A stretch of DNA of 64,000 bases from Cyanophora paradoxa CCMP329 (lineage: Eukaryota; Plantae; Glaucophyta). The notes beneath the pieces are model-generated. The model did no database searches and was not told the DNA's origin. It saw only the letters and a program-made list of their open reading frames with translations. The translations under genes and the position numbers were made by a program. Shown piece after piece: positions 24,489-36,148 of the stretch (position 1 is its first letter; each line of letters opens with the position of its first letter). The stretch lies in contig QPMI01000651.1 in assembly GCA_004431415.1 (NCBI GenBank), positions 124,001-188,000 on the forward strand, read 5' to 3'.

Positions 24489-24549
24489 ACCATTATCAGT
24501 AAGATTTCGTTATTTTTATCTGTCTTTATTAAGAAGAATCTACAACACC

Positions 24550-25298
24550 ATGTCTGACGTTCCCGAATTTAATGCTGCTGAGATGATAAACCCACCATTC
24601 CGTGTCTTAGCAATTGGAAATCTGCAACGGGTAAAAGCGAAGCGGTCAAGTATTGGCTAAAACAGCTACATGATGCGAAAAAGATAGATGTGGTTCTCGT
24701 TGTAAGTGGGACGAGTTTCAATCATTTCTGGGATAAAGTAGCAACATTGCAACTCGGTAAATGGGATGCGCCTTACATCGCTAAACTTCTCGATGAAAGA
24801 CAAGAGAAAATTGAGAAAGGAGAACCCGTTAACCAATTATGTGTCGTTCTCGATGATCTTATAGACAATGAGATAGTCGATCTAACCCGTGATAAAATTA
24901 TTGGAAGTCTTTACAGCCGTGGAAGACAAACTGCGTAAGGTTTCTTCAACCATTCGTGTCAATTCGGATTATGCAATGTTCCTAAGTGCCGCCAATCGCA
25001 AAGAACTGGAAGCCATTGAAGAAGAATACAATATCATGCGGGATAAAGACGCTTTCTATAAGATGTTTGAGGAATACGTTCACTCCTATCAGTTTCTCAT
25101 TTGGAGTTCTGCGAATTATTCGGTGGAATACTATGTTGATAAAGCGGAACTCGTTAAAGAGTTTGGGTTTCCTCGGTTTCACAGAAAGCCCAAAAAGAAA
25201 GAAGACGAATTAAAACCACCCGAGAAGGAGGAAGCGCCAAAGAGATAAAGAGCGCTGTTCACACGAATAAGTTGATGCGATATAAGAGGGGATTGTAA
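24550..25298 (+). pseudogene. Packaging ATPase (A32/FtsK-like), element A, disrupted
   Basis: Fragments nearly identical to 49166-49948. Frameshift in Walker A and a ~30-bp deletion after RGR. Confidence 0.85.
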
Positions 25299-25326
25299 AA
25301 TTATCTCTGTATGTTATAAATATACA

Positions 25327-26058
25327 ATGCCGCCGAAACGTAGAGGTGTTCCCGCTGGTGCTATGTCATATTCCGGCGGTGAAAGTCATGGATCTCTCAA
25401 CACCACACCCATGAAATTCAACGGAATGAGCGAAGTGAAACCATCACAACAGGAAGAAGACCCCTTAAATGCCGCTTATGAAGAAGCGCCCGGTGATAAA
25501 GCGCCGCAAACATCCCAAAGTGAGCAATTGAACATCTCGCCGGAAGTCTCGAAGATGAAGGCGGTCGGTGAAGGCGCCCGTCGGATTATCGGTGCTGCCG
25601 ATGATCGTGAACTCGGTCTCAAAGATCTTTCCCTCGCTCGCAAGGGTGAAGGTGTTTCCAAAGAATCCGACAAGGTAATTCAATCGATGGCTGGTGAAGT
25701 TACTTACAAGGTTGCGCCAACTCAAAACATCCACCGAATCCCGAAAGCGCAATGGGATGAGATGACCGCTAAATTAAAGGATCTGGAAGCAAAATCAAGC
25801 GCTCTTGAACAGTATGTAACTGAGAAGAAGGAGCGATCGAAAATCAAGGAAATGCTGCGCAAAGAGGTATTCCGAATGGGTATTACTGGTGTTCCTGATA
25901 AGCAGTTTATTGGTAAGAAGGAGACCCAAATTGACGAACAAGCGGTAGATGAGTTGAAGACAAAGACCCAAAAGGGAACTGTTGAACCTGGTGCTACCAA
26001 AGCGGAAGTCGACAAAGGTGTAGCTCCCACAGCATACAAGCGGAGAGTTTGGCTTTAA
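25327..26058 (+). CDS. Conserved hypothetical viral protein (243 aa)
   Basis: Highly similar syntenic orthologue at 49977-50711. Confidence 0.85.
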   Translation: MPPKRRGVPAGAMSYSGGESHGSLNTTPMKFNGMSEVKPSQQEEDPLNAAYEEAPGDKAPQTSQSEQLNISPEVSKMKAVGEGARRIIGAADDRELGLKDLSLARKGEGVSKESDKVIQSMAGEVTYKVAPTQNIHRIPKAQWDEMTAKLKDLEAKSSALEQYVTEKKERSKIKEMLRKEVFRMGITGVPDKQFIGKKETQIDEQAVDELKTKTQKGTVEPGATKAEVDKGVAPTAYKRRVWL

Positions 26059-26084
26059 TTATATATTGTTTAAAGAGGGAATCA

Positions 26085-26303
26085 ATGGAGTTTCTGAAAA
26101 AGATCATTGAGATGTTTGAGATGCATTGCGTAACCGATTGTCACAATGACTGCTGCGATACGAAATTCGAAATGGATTTCTCAGATGGTGGAAGCGATGG
26201 AGGGCGAAGGCAATCACAAGATTCGATAACAACTGAGACAGTCACCGTTACAGAAACTGAGACTGTCCGTCGCCGATCGTTTGCGCAAAACGATCATAAA
26301 TAA
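26085..26303 (+). CDS. Small Cys-containing viral protein
   Basis: Homologous to 50734-51015 (EMF..H....CH..CC). Confidence 0.7.
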   Translation: MEFLKKIIEMFEMHCVTDCHNDCCDTKFEMDFSDGGSDGGRRQSQDSITTETVTVTETETVRRRSFAQNDHK

Positions 26304-26511
26304 TATCTTTGGTTATGGTATCAAATGTCACTCGAAGAGATCTACTCCATCATACTATCGAAACGAAGGATTTACGCTGTTAAATCTGCAATTGAAGAAC
26401 GTAGACACCAACTGGCTTTGGTCAACAAAAAATGACACCATAAAATACTTAAAGACATCAGGCATAATACAGAGTGGTAAAACATTTTCTCAACTACATA
26501 TAAAGGGGAAC

Positions 26512-26748
26512 ATGGCGACTGTAATTCATATAACCGAAGACATGATTAGCGTTGTCGAATTCGGCGATGAAGAAGAGGAGACCCGCGCCAATTACAAGAT
26601 GAGAGATGCTCTAAGGAAGCGAACGCTCTACAACGAAGACCCCGTTTATCGGGAGTATAAGAAGGCGCAATCGCTCGCTTCATATTATCGTCGTAAGGAG
26701 CGGGAGGGAATCGAAAACAAGTCACGGGGACGTCCACGAAAGTATTGA
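26512..26748 (+). CDS. Small basic viral protein with AT-hook-like RGRP
   Basis: Homologous to 50999-51244 (DP.YREYKK.Q.LASYYRRK...RGRP.KY). Confidence 0.72.
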   Translation: MATVIHITEDMISVVEFGDEEEETRANYKMRDALRKRTLYNEDPVYREYKKAQSLASYYRRKEREGIENKSRGRPRKY

Positions 26749-26954
26749 GGGAAATACCCATTTGACCGCTGAACCCAATTACTCATTTTTCGAGCGGTCT
26801 ATCGATATGCTTCGATAGATCCGTAACCATCTCCCGATTGCCGTTTTTGGTAATTGAAGAGATATCAACCACTTAAAGGTTAGCCGCCAAAAAATGACAG
26901 GAATCCGGAGAAACTCTTTTCTCCATCATAGATAAGACACCCCCGATTATCGAA

Positions 26955-29295
26955 ATGAACGCTGCCGCCAAGAAATCCCTGAAACGCCTTGTTGATTGGC
27001 TTCGTGAAGACGATGTCCTGTCTGAGAATATCGTAATACCCGTTGATCCCGATACCAAAAAACCCCTTTTCGCCCATAAAGACGGATCGTGGACTTGGGA
27101 TAAATTCGATGAAGCCCTGAAATCCGGTAAGTATGTTGCTTGGGGCATTCTCGCTCGCAATATCGTGGTTATCGACTTCGACCAAGAGGAGGATTTCACC
27201 AAATTCGAGGAGCAATTCCCGATGATTTCGGTGGTGTCAATCCTCTTGCTAAAACCAAAAAAGGATATCATGTTTACTTCTCTCGTCCTTCTGACTTCGA
27301 TGCTGTGAAGATCTGGGATAAAGCGGGTGCTTTCAAAGGTTATCCTAAGATCGACTGTAAGACAATTGCGTCCACTGGAACTGCTGGGTTGATCAACGTT
27401 TCCCCAAGCCCCGGTAAAACTTGGATCAGAGAACCATGGGCGGAAGGCTGTGAGTTGATCGAACCGAGTGCTGAACTCCAAAAGTGGATGATTGACAACT
27501 ACCTTTTTCCGAAAGGCGGACACTCTTCTATTGATAGGAGCATTGAAGAGGATTTGCAGAAACACATTCTCCGGAAACTTGAAGAATTTGGTTTCATCTT
27601 ACCCACAATCATTAATGAGACCGAGAAGGGTTACAGTTTCACTGCTGAGAACAAAGGTCTGATTTGTCCCTGCTGCAAGGGAAGCCATGACTCCAACAAT
27701 TGGTATATACTTCAAGGGAACGAGAAAGACAAGTATATTGTTTCAAGTTATAGCACCAATTGCAAGAAGCGAGTTATGACGGTTCGCGTTCAAGCTGATA
27801 CCGATGTTCAGATTGAAAAGCTAATTGATCGGTCGATTGGATCTGATGGCGGACATTATGATGTTGCCCAGGTTGCTTTTCTTGTTCTGCGAGACAGCTA
27901 CAAGTATTCAAACAAGACGTGGTTCAAGTTCAACGAGGCTTACGGAATCTGGGAGATGGATGAGACCGGGAAACGAATCTATCTGTGTTTGAGTTGCAGG
28001 GTTTGCCCGGCTTATCTTCAACGTGCTGTGCAATTCGCTCAGAGAGCGCTTCGTGATGAAGAGAATCGTGCATCTTTGGAGGAGAGATCACAGGTTCTTC
28101 TTGGTATCGCAAAGAAACTCAAACAGACTAATTACCGAACTTCTCTTCTGTCTGATCTCACAGTTCTGATGAACGATAAGACATTCTTCGAGAGACTTGA
28201 TACTGTTACCAATGTGATTGGATTCACAAATGGCGTATTTGATCTGAATTCTATGACTTTCCGAAGGGGACTCCCAGAAGACATGATCAGTAAGACTGTT
28301 GGTTATGATTATTGCCCCGAGGTGGATTCTGTGAAAGTCACCAAGATCCTTTCCATCTACTCTGACATCATCGAAGAGGAAATTGAGCGCAATTTCGTGA
28401 TGGGTTCGATCGCTTTCTCTCTGAGTGGTCGCACAGATATTCAAAAGTTCAATTTCTGGACTGGAATTGGAGCCAATGGTAAATCTCTCGTTCAGGAGAT
28501 GGTCAAGCAAACATTCGGACAGTATTTCGGAACAATCAATATGTCATATTGGACGAAACCGAAAAGAATGCATCAGACGCTACACCTGAACTTGCGGATA
28601 TTCTGGGTCGTCGCATTATCTTTTCAAATGAAGCGGAAGATGGCGACAAGCTTCAAATTAGCAAGATCAAAGAGATTACAGGTGGTAACGAGATGAAGGT
28701 TCGCGCCCTGTTCAAAGATCCTGTTACCTACATTCCTATGGGTCAAATCTTCTTATCGACGAATGAGAACCTGGGGATGAGTAAACCCGATGCTGCGATT
28801 TACCGGCGACTCTCTTACTATCGTTTCTCTTGCGTCTTCAAGCCCAACCCTCAACCTGGTGAGAAGAAAGCGGATACTTCACTTATGTCCATCATGAATG
28901 ACGACGAATACAAGATGGCTCAAATGTCGATCTTCTTGGACATGTGGAAGAAACAGGATCTTGCACAGCTGCTGATGAATCCGCCACAGTCTATCATCGA
29001 TCAGGGACTGGAATACTTCAATGATAACGATAAAATCGGGGAGTGGCTCCGCAGCACTTATGAGAAGACTGGAAGCCGAAACGATTTCATTAGGAGTGAA
29101 GCTATCATTACTGGCTATCGTTCTGTTGATGATAAAACCGATGCCGCCAGTATTGGAAAGCGAGTCCGCGAAGTCTTTAATGTGAAGTCTGAAACTGTTC
29201 GAGAAAGAGGTCAGGTGAAGCGTGGTTACTTCGGACTGAAAAAGAAGATTATGATTGAGGACGACGATGACGACGACGTAGAGGCTCCCAACTAA
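26955..29295 (+). pseudogene. Prim-Pol / D5-like SF3 primase-helicase, element A, two frameshifts
   Basis: VIDFD, KTKKGYHVYF, CPCC, GIGANGKS and NE motif spread over three ORFs. Intact orthologue at 51774-54101. Confidence 0.88.
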
Positions 29296-29362
29296 TTACA
29301 ACAAAACATACTATTCTTACTGATAATTCATACTTTTTTTATAACCTTACTGAAAACAGTAA

Positions 29363-29455
29363 GTGTAACAGGTGTAACAGGTAAATCCCAAACTTCGCTC
29401 CTAGGGAGGTGAAAATCCGAAAACTTTGGGATTTACCTGTTACACCCGTTACACC
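29363..29455. repeat. Internal iteron palindrome, inverted copy of the 20151-20244 unit
   Basis: (GTGTAACAG)2...(CTGTTACAC)2. Loop AACTTCGCTCCTAGGGAGG is the reverse complement of the loop at ~20197-20215. Confidence 0.85.
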
Positions 29456-29715
29456 GAATAAAAAATAAAAAATTGACTGGTGATTTAAAAATTGAACGTG
29501 TGTCTCAGTTGAAAATGAATAGCGTCAAAATGAACCAATCGGTTGTGGAAGGTGATTTGGAAGAGGTTGCAAAGTTCATAAAGTATAATTGTGGTATCAA
29601 TAACAGGCGGAAGAGAAACTATGTTACTATATATATTCCAAAGGAAACAACGGTGAGAATCATTAGAACTTAATGCGTTCAAAATCCAAAATAAAAATGT
29701 TCCTTTATAGCAAAG

Positions 29716-32700
29716 ATGCCCCGCCAAACGAACAGACTGATCAAAGAAAAGAAAAACGAAATACTTGGATTGTTAGGAACTCTCTTAGTTACAGGTGAGA
29801 TCACCGAAGCGGAATACGATAGAGAAGCCGCCATCTTAGATAGACGACCGCGATTAGGTCAACTCACTGAGATTGCAAATGACCTCTACGATCGCATGCA
29901 ACGAATGGAGGAATTTATGGGTGAAGGACAGAGATTAGGAGCAATTGAACCGGATATCGAAGATGGACAAGCGATGAATCAAGCGTATTCGTGGTTGACC
30001 TATCGCGCCCGAAATGAAGTTGTCGTGGATGCTATCGAATTCCTCGAAAGAATCGCACCAAGTCTACCGCAACGCATTAAAACCCGCTTAGAGCAACTGA
30101 GAGCCGTTAAAGTCCGTCTGACTTTCGTTTGCAAATTTACCAAAGTAGGTAATCCGCGCATCTATATCACCAAATTCATTTACAGCGATTATTTCGTAAT
30201 TACCCGATCCCGCAACATAGACACAGAAGTTCGCAAAGCGTTACAGAAAATGCAAGAGGAAATGACGCAAGTGGATAGTTACCGTTTGGAGAAGATCGAA
30301 ATACTTAGAGGCATTATCATGTCTTATGCACCTGTGGGAGGATGCTATTTCGCAACTCCCGAATGGATCGCATCCAAGAAAGCGACGGTGAATGTTAAGA
30401 ATATCGACGGGCAAGATTGCTTCAAGTATGCGATTTTGGCTTACCTGCATCGAAAGGACATCAATAAACACAAGAGTAACGAACCGAGCCAATACCGCCG
30501 ATGGTTAAATGAACTCAATTTCGATGGTATTCAGTTTCCCGTTGCCTGTGATGCTGAGGTAATCGATCGATTCGAAGAACTGAACCCCGAACTTTCTATT
30601 AACATTTACGGAGCCGATAACGCCAAAGAGTGTTTCTATCCTCTCCATCAATCAAGTAACCCAAGAAGAAAGACCAAGATTAATCTTTTACTTATCGAAA
30701 ACACCGAAGATGATCGGGGACACTACATTACTATCATGTCTTTTAGTCGTCTTCTGAAAACTACGTTTGATAAAGCATGTGATGGTCGCATTTACTACTG
30801 TGAAACCTGCTTGTCGCGTTTCAGAACTCAGGAGAAATTAGACATGCATGTTGAAGCGAATCGCTGCATTGATTGGAGGGAGAGCAAAGGCAAATGCCCA
30901 AAAGCGGGAAGCGTAATTGAATTCGGTCTGCAACACTTGCGTAAAACTGTGTGGCTCCCTGTGATCTGTTACGTTAAAGTCGAAGATCATTCGGTCGCTA
31001 TTGATGCTCAGAGGAGTAAACGTGAGATTAAAGCGGTTTCATTGCGAGTGGTAATGGGAGACGAAGTGAGAGCATACCATTTCGAGGGAATCGATCCGCT
31101 CGGTTCTCTCTTTGTAACTCTCCAAGATATCAGACCCGAAATCGTTGAGACGCTATTTAGAAATATTCCGATGCATCCACTCACAGATGATCAGAAGGCG
31201 GAATACAAGGTTACAAAACACTGTTACATTTGCTCTCAGAGATTCACCCACGAAAACTTCCCGGTTCGAGATCATTGCCACCAATCCGGCGATTTCATCG
31301 GAAAGGCATGCCGAAACTGTAACCTCCACCGGCGAATTTCGAAGCAAACCAAAGTAGCTATCGTGGTGGATCACATGGATGAATGCGGACACGGAATATT
31401 CCGCAAGATTGCACAGCAAGACGATAAACTTCGTGTTGAGATTCTGAGCAAGAATTTCGATCAATACCTATCGCTTCAATGGGGCATGTGGAAGTTCATT
31501 GATGCTTCCCATTTCATGGATTTCCAATCTGTGGATGTGGGCGATTTAATGAGAAAGTTTGAAGCATTCCGCAAATTGGCGTTTTCTCAATATGGATTGG
31601 ATCCCGCACATTATGTTAGCGCACCAGGTCTCTCTTGGGACGCTATGCTCAAACATACGAAAGTTAAGATTGAACTTATCGATGATGTAGAGAAATACGA
31701 ATTTGTTGAGAGAGCCATTAGAGGTGGATTTGCTACCATGCCCACACGATACGCAAAGGTAGAGAATGCTGACGATCATATAGTTTTGTTGGACGCAAAT
31801 AATCTTTATGGGTATGCTCTCAGCCAACCACTACCTATCGGAGATTATCGATGGGAAGATGTCACAGAGGCACTTAAAGAGGTAGAGGGTCGAAGCGCAT
31901 TTATTGAAGTTGACCTTGAATACCCCACATCGCTTGAAGAACATTATGATTTCCCACTGATTGTGAATAAAGAAGTGATCACCAATGAGATGCTTGGTGA
32001 TTATCAACAGAAACTATTAGATCTGACGGGCGAAAAGATCAGCAAAGACCCCAAACTTACAGCGACATTTACACCCAAGAATAAATACGTGATTGCTCGA
32101 CCTCTTCTTAATTACATCGTTAAGAAGGGTGTTGAAATCAAGAAAATAAATAAGGTTCTCTCTTTCGCTACTTCCCCATTCATGAAGTCTTACATTGGTT
32201 TGAATACTCTTCTCAGGCATGAATCTACTAACCATTTCGAAAGCGACTTCTTTAAACTCATGAACAATGCAATTTACGGTAAATGCTTGGAATCTTGCAG
32301 GGGTCGCTCAACTGTCAAGATCGCTAACAGTGAGAAACTCTGTAAGAAATACGCAGCAAGTCCGCTTATCAAAGCGACCAATGTATTAAACGAGAATGCC
32401 GTTGCCTCTGAGATGTATTCGAAGCATGTGAACTTAGATAAACCCGTAGCAATTGGCGCTTTCGTTTTGGATTTTGCGAAACTACATAACTATCGGTTCT
32501 TCTATGATGTAGTAAGGAAGAAGTGGGAAACCGCTAAATTACTGTTCCACGATACCGATTCGTTCTGTCTTTTCCTGAAAACCAATAATCTGAACGAAGA
32601 TATGAAAGAGATAGGTGAGTATCTCGATAGGAGCAATTACGATAAATCCCATCCTCTCGTGAGTATCAAAAACCGCATGGTTCCAGGTAAATATAAAAAT

Positions 32701-32997
32701 GAGTTCCCAAATGCAAAGATCATGGAGTATGTGGGTCTGAGATCGAAACTCTATGCTTTCAGAACTGAGACCAACGAAAGAGTAAAGATGTCGGGGACTT
32801 CCTCGAAAGAGGTTCATTTTGATGATTTTAAGAGATGTCTGTTCGAAGGCATCATAAAAACAGTATCAGTAACAAACAAGCGAAGGCAAGACCACAACTT
32901 ATATGACTTGGAGAGCAGAAGGGTCGCTCTAAACCAACTCGATAGCAAACGGAAGATATCAGCCGACGGCATTCACAGCATTCCATTTGGTCTTTAA
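29716..32997 (+). CDS. Protein-primed-type family B DNA polymerase, element A (1093 aa)
   Basis: LDANNLYG, KLMNNAIYGK, HDTDS, GLRSKLY. EndoVII-like RDHCH...CRNCNL. OTU-like DCF...GHY. Confidence 0.93.
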   Translation: MPRQTNRLIKEKKNEILGLLGTLLVTGEITEAEYDREAAILDRRPRLGQLTEIANDLYDRMQRMEEFMGEGQRLGAIEPDIEDGQAMNQAYSWLTYRARNEVVVDAIEFLERIAPSLPQRIKTRLEQLRAVKVRLTFVCKFTKVGNPRIYITKFIYSDYFVITRSRNIDTEVRKALQKMQEEMTQVDSYRLEKIEILRGIIMSYAPVGGCYFATPEWIASKKATVNVKNIDGQDCFKYAILAYLHRKDINKHKSNEPSQYRRWLNELNFDGIQFPVACDAEVIDRFEELNPELSINIYGADNAKECFYPLHQSSNPRRKTKINLLLIENTEDDRGHYITIMSFSRLLKTTFDKACDGRIYYCETCLSRFRTQEKLDMHVEANRCIDWRESKGKCPKAGSVIEFGLQHLRKTVWLPVICYVKVEDHSVAIDAQRSKREIKAVSLRVVMGDEVRAYHFEGIDPLGSLFVTLQDIRPEIVETLFRNIPMHPLTDDQKAEYKVTKHCYICSQRFTHENFPVRDHCHQSGDFIGKACRNCNLHRRISKQTKVAIVVDHMDECGHGIFRKIAQQDDKLRVEILSKNFDQYLSLQWGMWKFIDASHFMDFQSVDVGDLMRKFEAFRKLAFSQYGLDPAHYVSAPGLSWDAMLKHTKVKIELIDDVEKYEFVERAIRGGFATMPTRYAKVENADDHIVLLDANNLYGYALSQPLPIGDYRWEDVTEALKEVEGRSAFIEVDLEYPTSLEEHYDFPLIVNKEVITNEMLGDYQQKLLDLTGEKISKDPKLTATFTPKNKYVIARPLLNYIVKKGVEIKKINKVLSFATSPFMKSYIGLNTLLRHESTNHFESDFFKLMNNAIYGKCLESCRGRSTVKIANSEKLCKKYAASPLIKATNVLNENAVASEMYSKHVNLDKPVAIGAFVLDFAKLHNYRFFYDVVRKKWETAKLLFHDTDSFCLFLKTNNLNEDMKEIGEYLDRSNYDKSHPLVSIKNRMVPGKYKNEFPNAKIMEYVGLRSKLYAFRTETNERVKMSGTSSKEVHFDDFKRCLFEGIIKTVSVTNKRRQDHNLYDLESRRVALNQLDSKRKISADGIHSIPFGL

Positions 32998-33182
32998 TAT
33001 ACTTGCTCAATACTTCTCTTTTTATTTTTTCGATCTCCAAGTAGCAGCAAACCACGGATCAGATGCAGCAACCATATGCACCTTAAACCGGGGTCATTTG
33101 GATCGATCGCAAAGTAGTTTGGTTTCGGGTGTTCTGTCCAAACCGGCTCGTCCATTATTAATATATTGAAAATAAAGTAAAG

Positions 33183-34108
33183 ATGCCCTCAGCACAGATA
33201 GGATTGCGACCCATTCCTAAAATCGTAAAGAAGAGCATGAAAGAAGACCAAGGGAACATGCTACCGATAACCATTCCGGTCGAAGAGAAGAACACACGAA
33301 TCTTAAAGAAGTCGGAGATGGTTAAACAACTGATCCCGGAGGCATTGCCTACTGAGACTGTAACGAAAGAATCGAAGATCGCGAAGAAGTTTTACGATCC
33401 GCGCACAGGTTACAAAGGTTTCGGGGCAATGAGAAAGGAACTACCAGAGGAAGACTACAAGAAGATGAGAGAATGGTATGATAAACAGGAAGTCGTTCAG
33501 ATAAACGCACCGACCCTTTCAAGAAAGAGAGATCCGATGATTCCGATTCGGCAACCTCTCGATACCTACGTAATCGATCTGCTCTTCTTCCCAGCATACA
33601 AGAACCAAAACGACGGATACGATACGTTCATGTCCGCGATGGAATCTACCTTACGCACGGGTTACATCATTCCGATGAGAGATAAGAGCGCTCTTACGGC
33701 GCTTGCGGCGTTTGAACAGCTACAACGAAGAGTTCCTCGACCTATCGCACGCGTTCAGAGTGACAGCGGAAGCGAGTTCACAAATAACATGTTCACGAAT
33801 TACCTTGCTAAGAAGTTCATAGACCATCAGATAAGCGATGTCGCAGATCATCGAAGCCAAGGTAGAATCGAAGCGTTTAACAAGCAGATCAAACGATTGA
33901 TCACGAACTATTGCATAGCAAACAACACAGCGCGATTCTTCGATGTATTGGGAGACATTGAGTATAACTATAATAATACCATCCACTCAGCAACCAAGAG
34001 AAAACCAGCAGAAACGACGGAAGATCATTACCGTGAGATTATCGGATTAGAAGATGAGAGGTTCAAGAAGTCGATTGCTTACTTGGATGGTATCAAACAG
34101 GGTATGTT
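33183..34108 (+). pseudogene. rve (retroviral-like DDE) integrase of element A, 5' part, interrupted by element B
   Basis: YVIDL, QSDSGSEF, GRIEAFNK. Homology to 58804-60189 stops at KQGM exactly at the TSD. Confidence 0.93.
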
Positions 34109-35181
34109 ACACATAGTAAAATGCGGAGTTTTAACCCTCGGCTTAATCTTAATTGATTTTGTTGATATATATCGTATATTCTATTTCAATCAATCGATAA
34201 TCTGTGTATATCTTATCGAATATTCATTTATTTCGATTATTTTGTATTCTTTTCGATATTTTATCGTAAATTTCTCTTATTTTCCGATTAGTCTTACTGA
34301 GTGAATCGATAATCTGTATATATTTCCGAATAATATAACTGAATCTCAATTAGATCTTGCCTCTGGTTAAAACTCCGCATTTTACTATGTGTGATTGGTC
34401 TAAAAGTTAATTGATTTAATCGATATTATATTCATGTACTTTCTCGATTAAATTTAATTAAATTTTATTCATTTAATCGGAAACATATCGCTAAACTCGA
34501 TTAAGATCCATAAAAGATTCATTTGTTTATATTAACAAATCGATCTCTTATTGAATTCAATCGTAATTATACATGAAACTTATATGATTTTATCATTGTT
34601 TTGTTGAGTCTAAGGGGGGACCCTTAGGTTTTTTGAAATAATTGGGTGTCACAGGTGTCACAGGTCCATCCCAAACTTTTGAAAATTCATTCTTTATAGG
34701 AGAAACTTTGGGATAAACCTGTGACACCTGTGACACATACCATATTTAGTAAGGATCTCTTTTATAATGAAAAACTCAGTAATAATCTTATCTATGTATT
34801 TCTAATTAAATGAATAAATGATTTAATCGAGTGTCACAGGTGTCACAGGTCCATCCCAAACTTTTGAAAATTCACTCTTTATAGGAGAAACTTTGGGATA
34901 AACCTGTGACACCTGTGACACATACCATATTCAGTAAGGACCTCTTATATTGTGAAAATCTCAGTGTTAGTTGGTGTAGTTGATTCAAAAAATGCATTTT
35001 ATACTCTGATTCATTGTTATTTCCTGTGAAATTTGAGTCAACTCAACCCACTTAGTCAACCCTTGCATTGAATTCGTAACAAAATCCATATACTATTACT
35101 ACTTTTACGATTAATATGAGTCAACCTTGAGTCCACTTTAATATAAATATTATATAATAGGGGGAATCAAGGGGAGATGCT
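34109..35181 (+). repeat. Left TIR of element B (contains the 284-bp terminal cassette 34109-34392 and TGTCACAGG palindromes 34646-34736 and 34831-34921)
   Basis: Reverse complement of 60943-62015 with only a few substitutions seen. Confidence 0.95.
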
Positions 35182-35425
35182 GAGTTTTAGTGTAAGGAAA
35201 TCGAATAGTATTCGAAATCTTACACCTGAAGGTGTAGGGTGCATTCATATTTCGGCTACATCATACATTAGATTTCTACTGTAAACAATAACCGGAATCC
35301 GGAAAATAATCATTGTAGAAAGCTATTGTAGTAAAATGATATATTATGTCCTTTTGTTACAATAGCTGATCAATGTTATTGTTAGAAAACAAAGGAATCC
35401 TTTCAAAACTCATTATAGAAACCCA

Positions 35426-35824
35426 TTAAAACGGAAATCTATCATGTTTATGTCTTTCAGTCTTCTCAAATGTGAGGAAATTCATTGTTTTATCGATCTC
35501 ATCAGCAACTGCTTGTGTTTTATGCTGAGCTTCTTTACCACAACTGAATATATCAATTGCTAACATGCCTTCATTGGAATAACAATGAGCTGTGCAATGG
35601 CTTTCATCTAATAGCAGAACTAATGCAAAACCAGGAGGTGATAGTTTGCCATCAAATATCTCACAGTGTTTATGAACAATCCTAATGCCTTGTCTTAATA
35701 CTGCTTGTTCAAGGGTTCCCATAATCCAATTACCTAGGAAGCTTACATGCTCATGTCCTGTTGCTATAGCTGATTTAGCTTTGTAATCAAGCATAACATG
35801 AAAGCCTCTGTATTTAGTCTCCAT
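35426..35824 (-). CDS. speD: Pyruvoyl-dependent S-adenosylmethionine decarboxylase-like proenzyme (prokaryotic short type)
   Basis: GFHVMLD, PPGFALVLLLDESHCTAHCY (E-S self-cleavage site) and AIDIFSCG. Start chosen at METKY. Confidence 0.8.
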   Translation of the reverse strand: METKYRGFHVMLDYKAKSAIATGHEHVSFLGNWIMGTLEQAVLRQGIRIVHKHCEIFDGKLSPPGFALVLLLDESHCTAHCYSNEGMLAIDIFSCGKEAQHKTQAVADEIDKTMNFLTFEKTERHKHDRFPF

Positions 35825-35853
35825 TAAGAATACCTTAGAAAAATTAATTAAAC

Positions 35854-36126
35854 CTAATCGAACCGAATGCAAACATCCCTATATTCTACAGTTATTGATG
35901 AAGTAGCCCTTTTCCTATGTGCTTGACTTTTTCTTTTATTACAGTCCCTACACCCTGATCCCTTCACATGATTAAATGGATATGTAAGGATCACCTTATT
36001 ACACTGCAAACATCTAACAGATACTTTCTCTTGAGCTTTGATGTAATGTGTCTCACTGTAATCGAATTTATCTTTACCATGGACTGTCATAGCAGCATCA
36101 ATAAACTTTTTTGTTTTAATATCCAT
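35854..36126 (-). CDS. Small zinc-ribbon protein (DUF723-like repeat unit)
   Basis: FI..A..VHG..FDYS...Y.....KV...C..C......P.NH..G.GC..C pattern. Confidence 0.65.
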   Translation of the reverse strand: MDIKTKKFIDAAMTVHGKDKFDYSETHYIKAQEKVSVRCLQCNKVILTYPFNHVKGSGCRDCNKRKSQAHRKRATSSITVEYRDVCIRFD

Positions 36127-36148
36127 ACTCTATATATAACCAATATTC

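Noticed and set aside
34109-34304. Hydrophobic C-terminal tail on the 373-aa integrase ORF
   Set aside because: Read-through into the AT-rich TIR of B. The true C-terminus is at 62016-62469.
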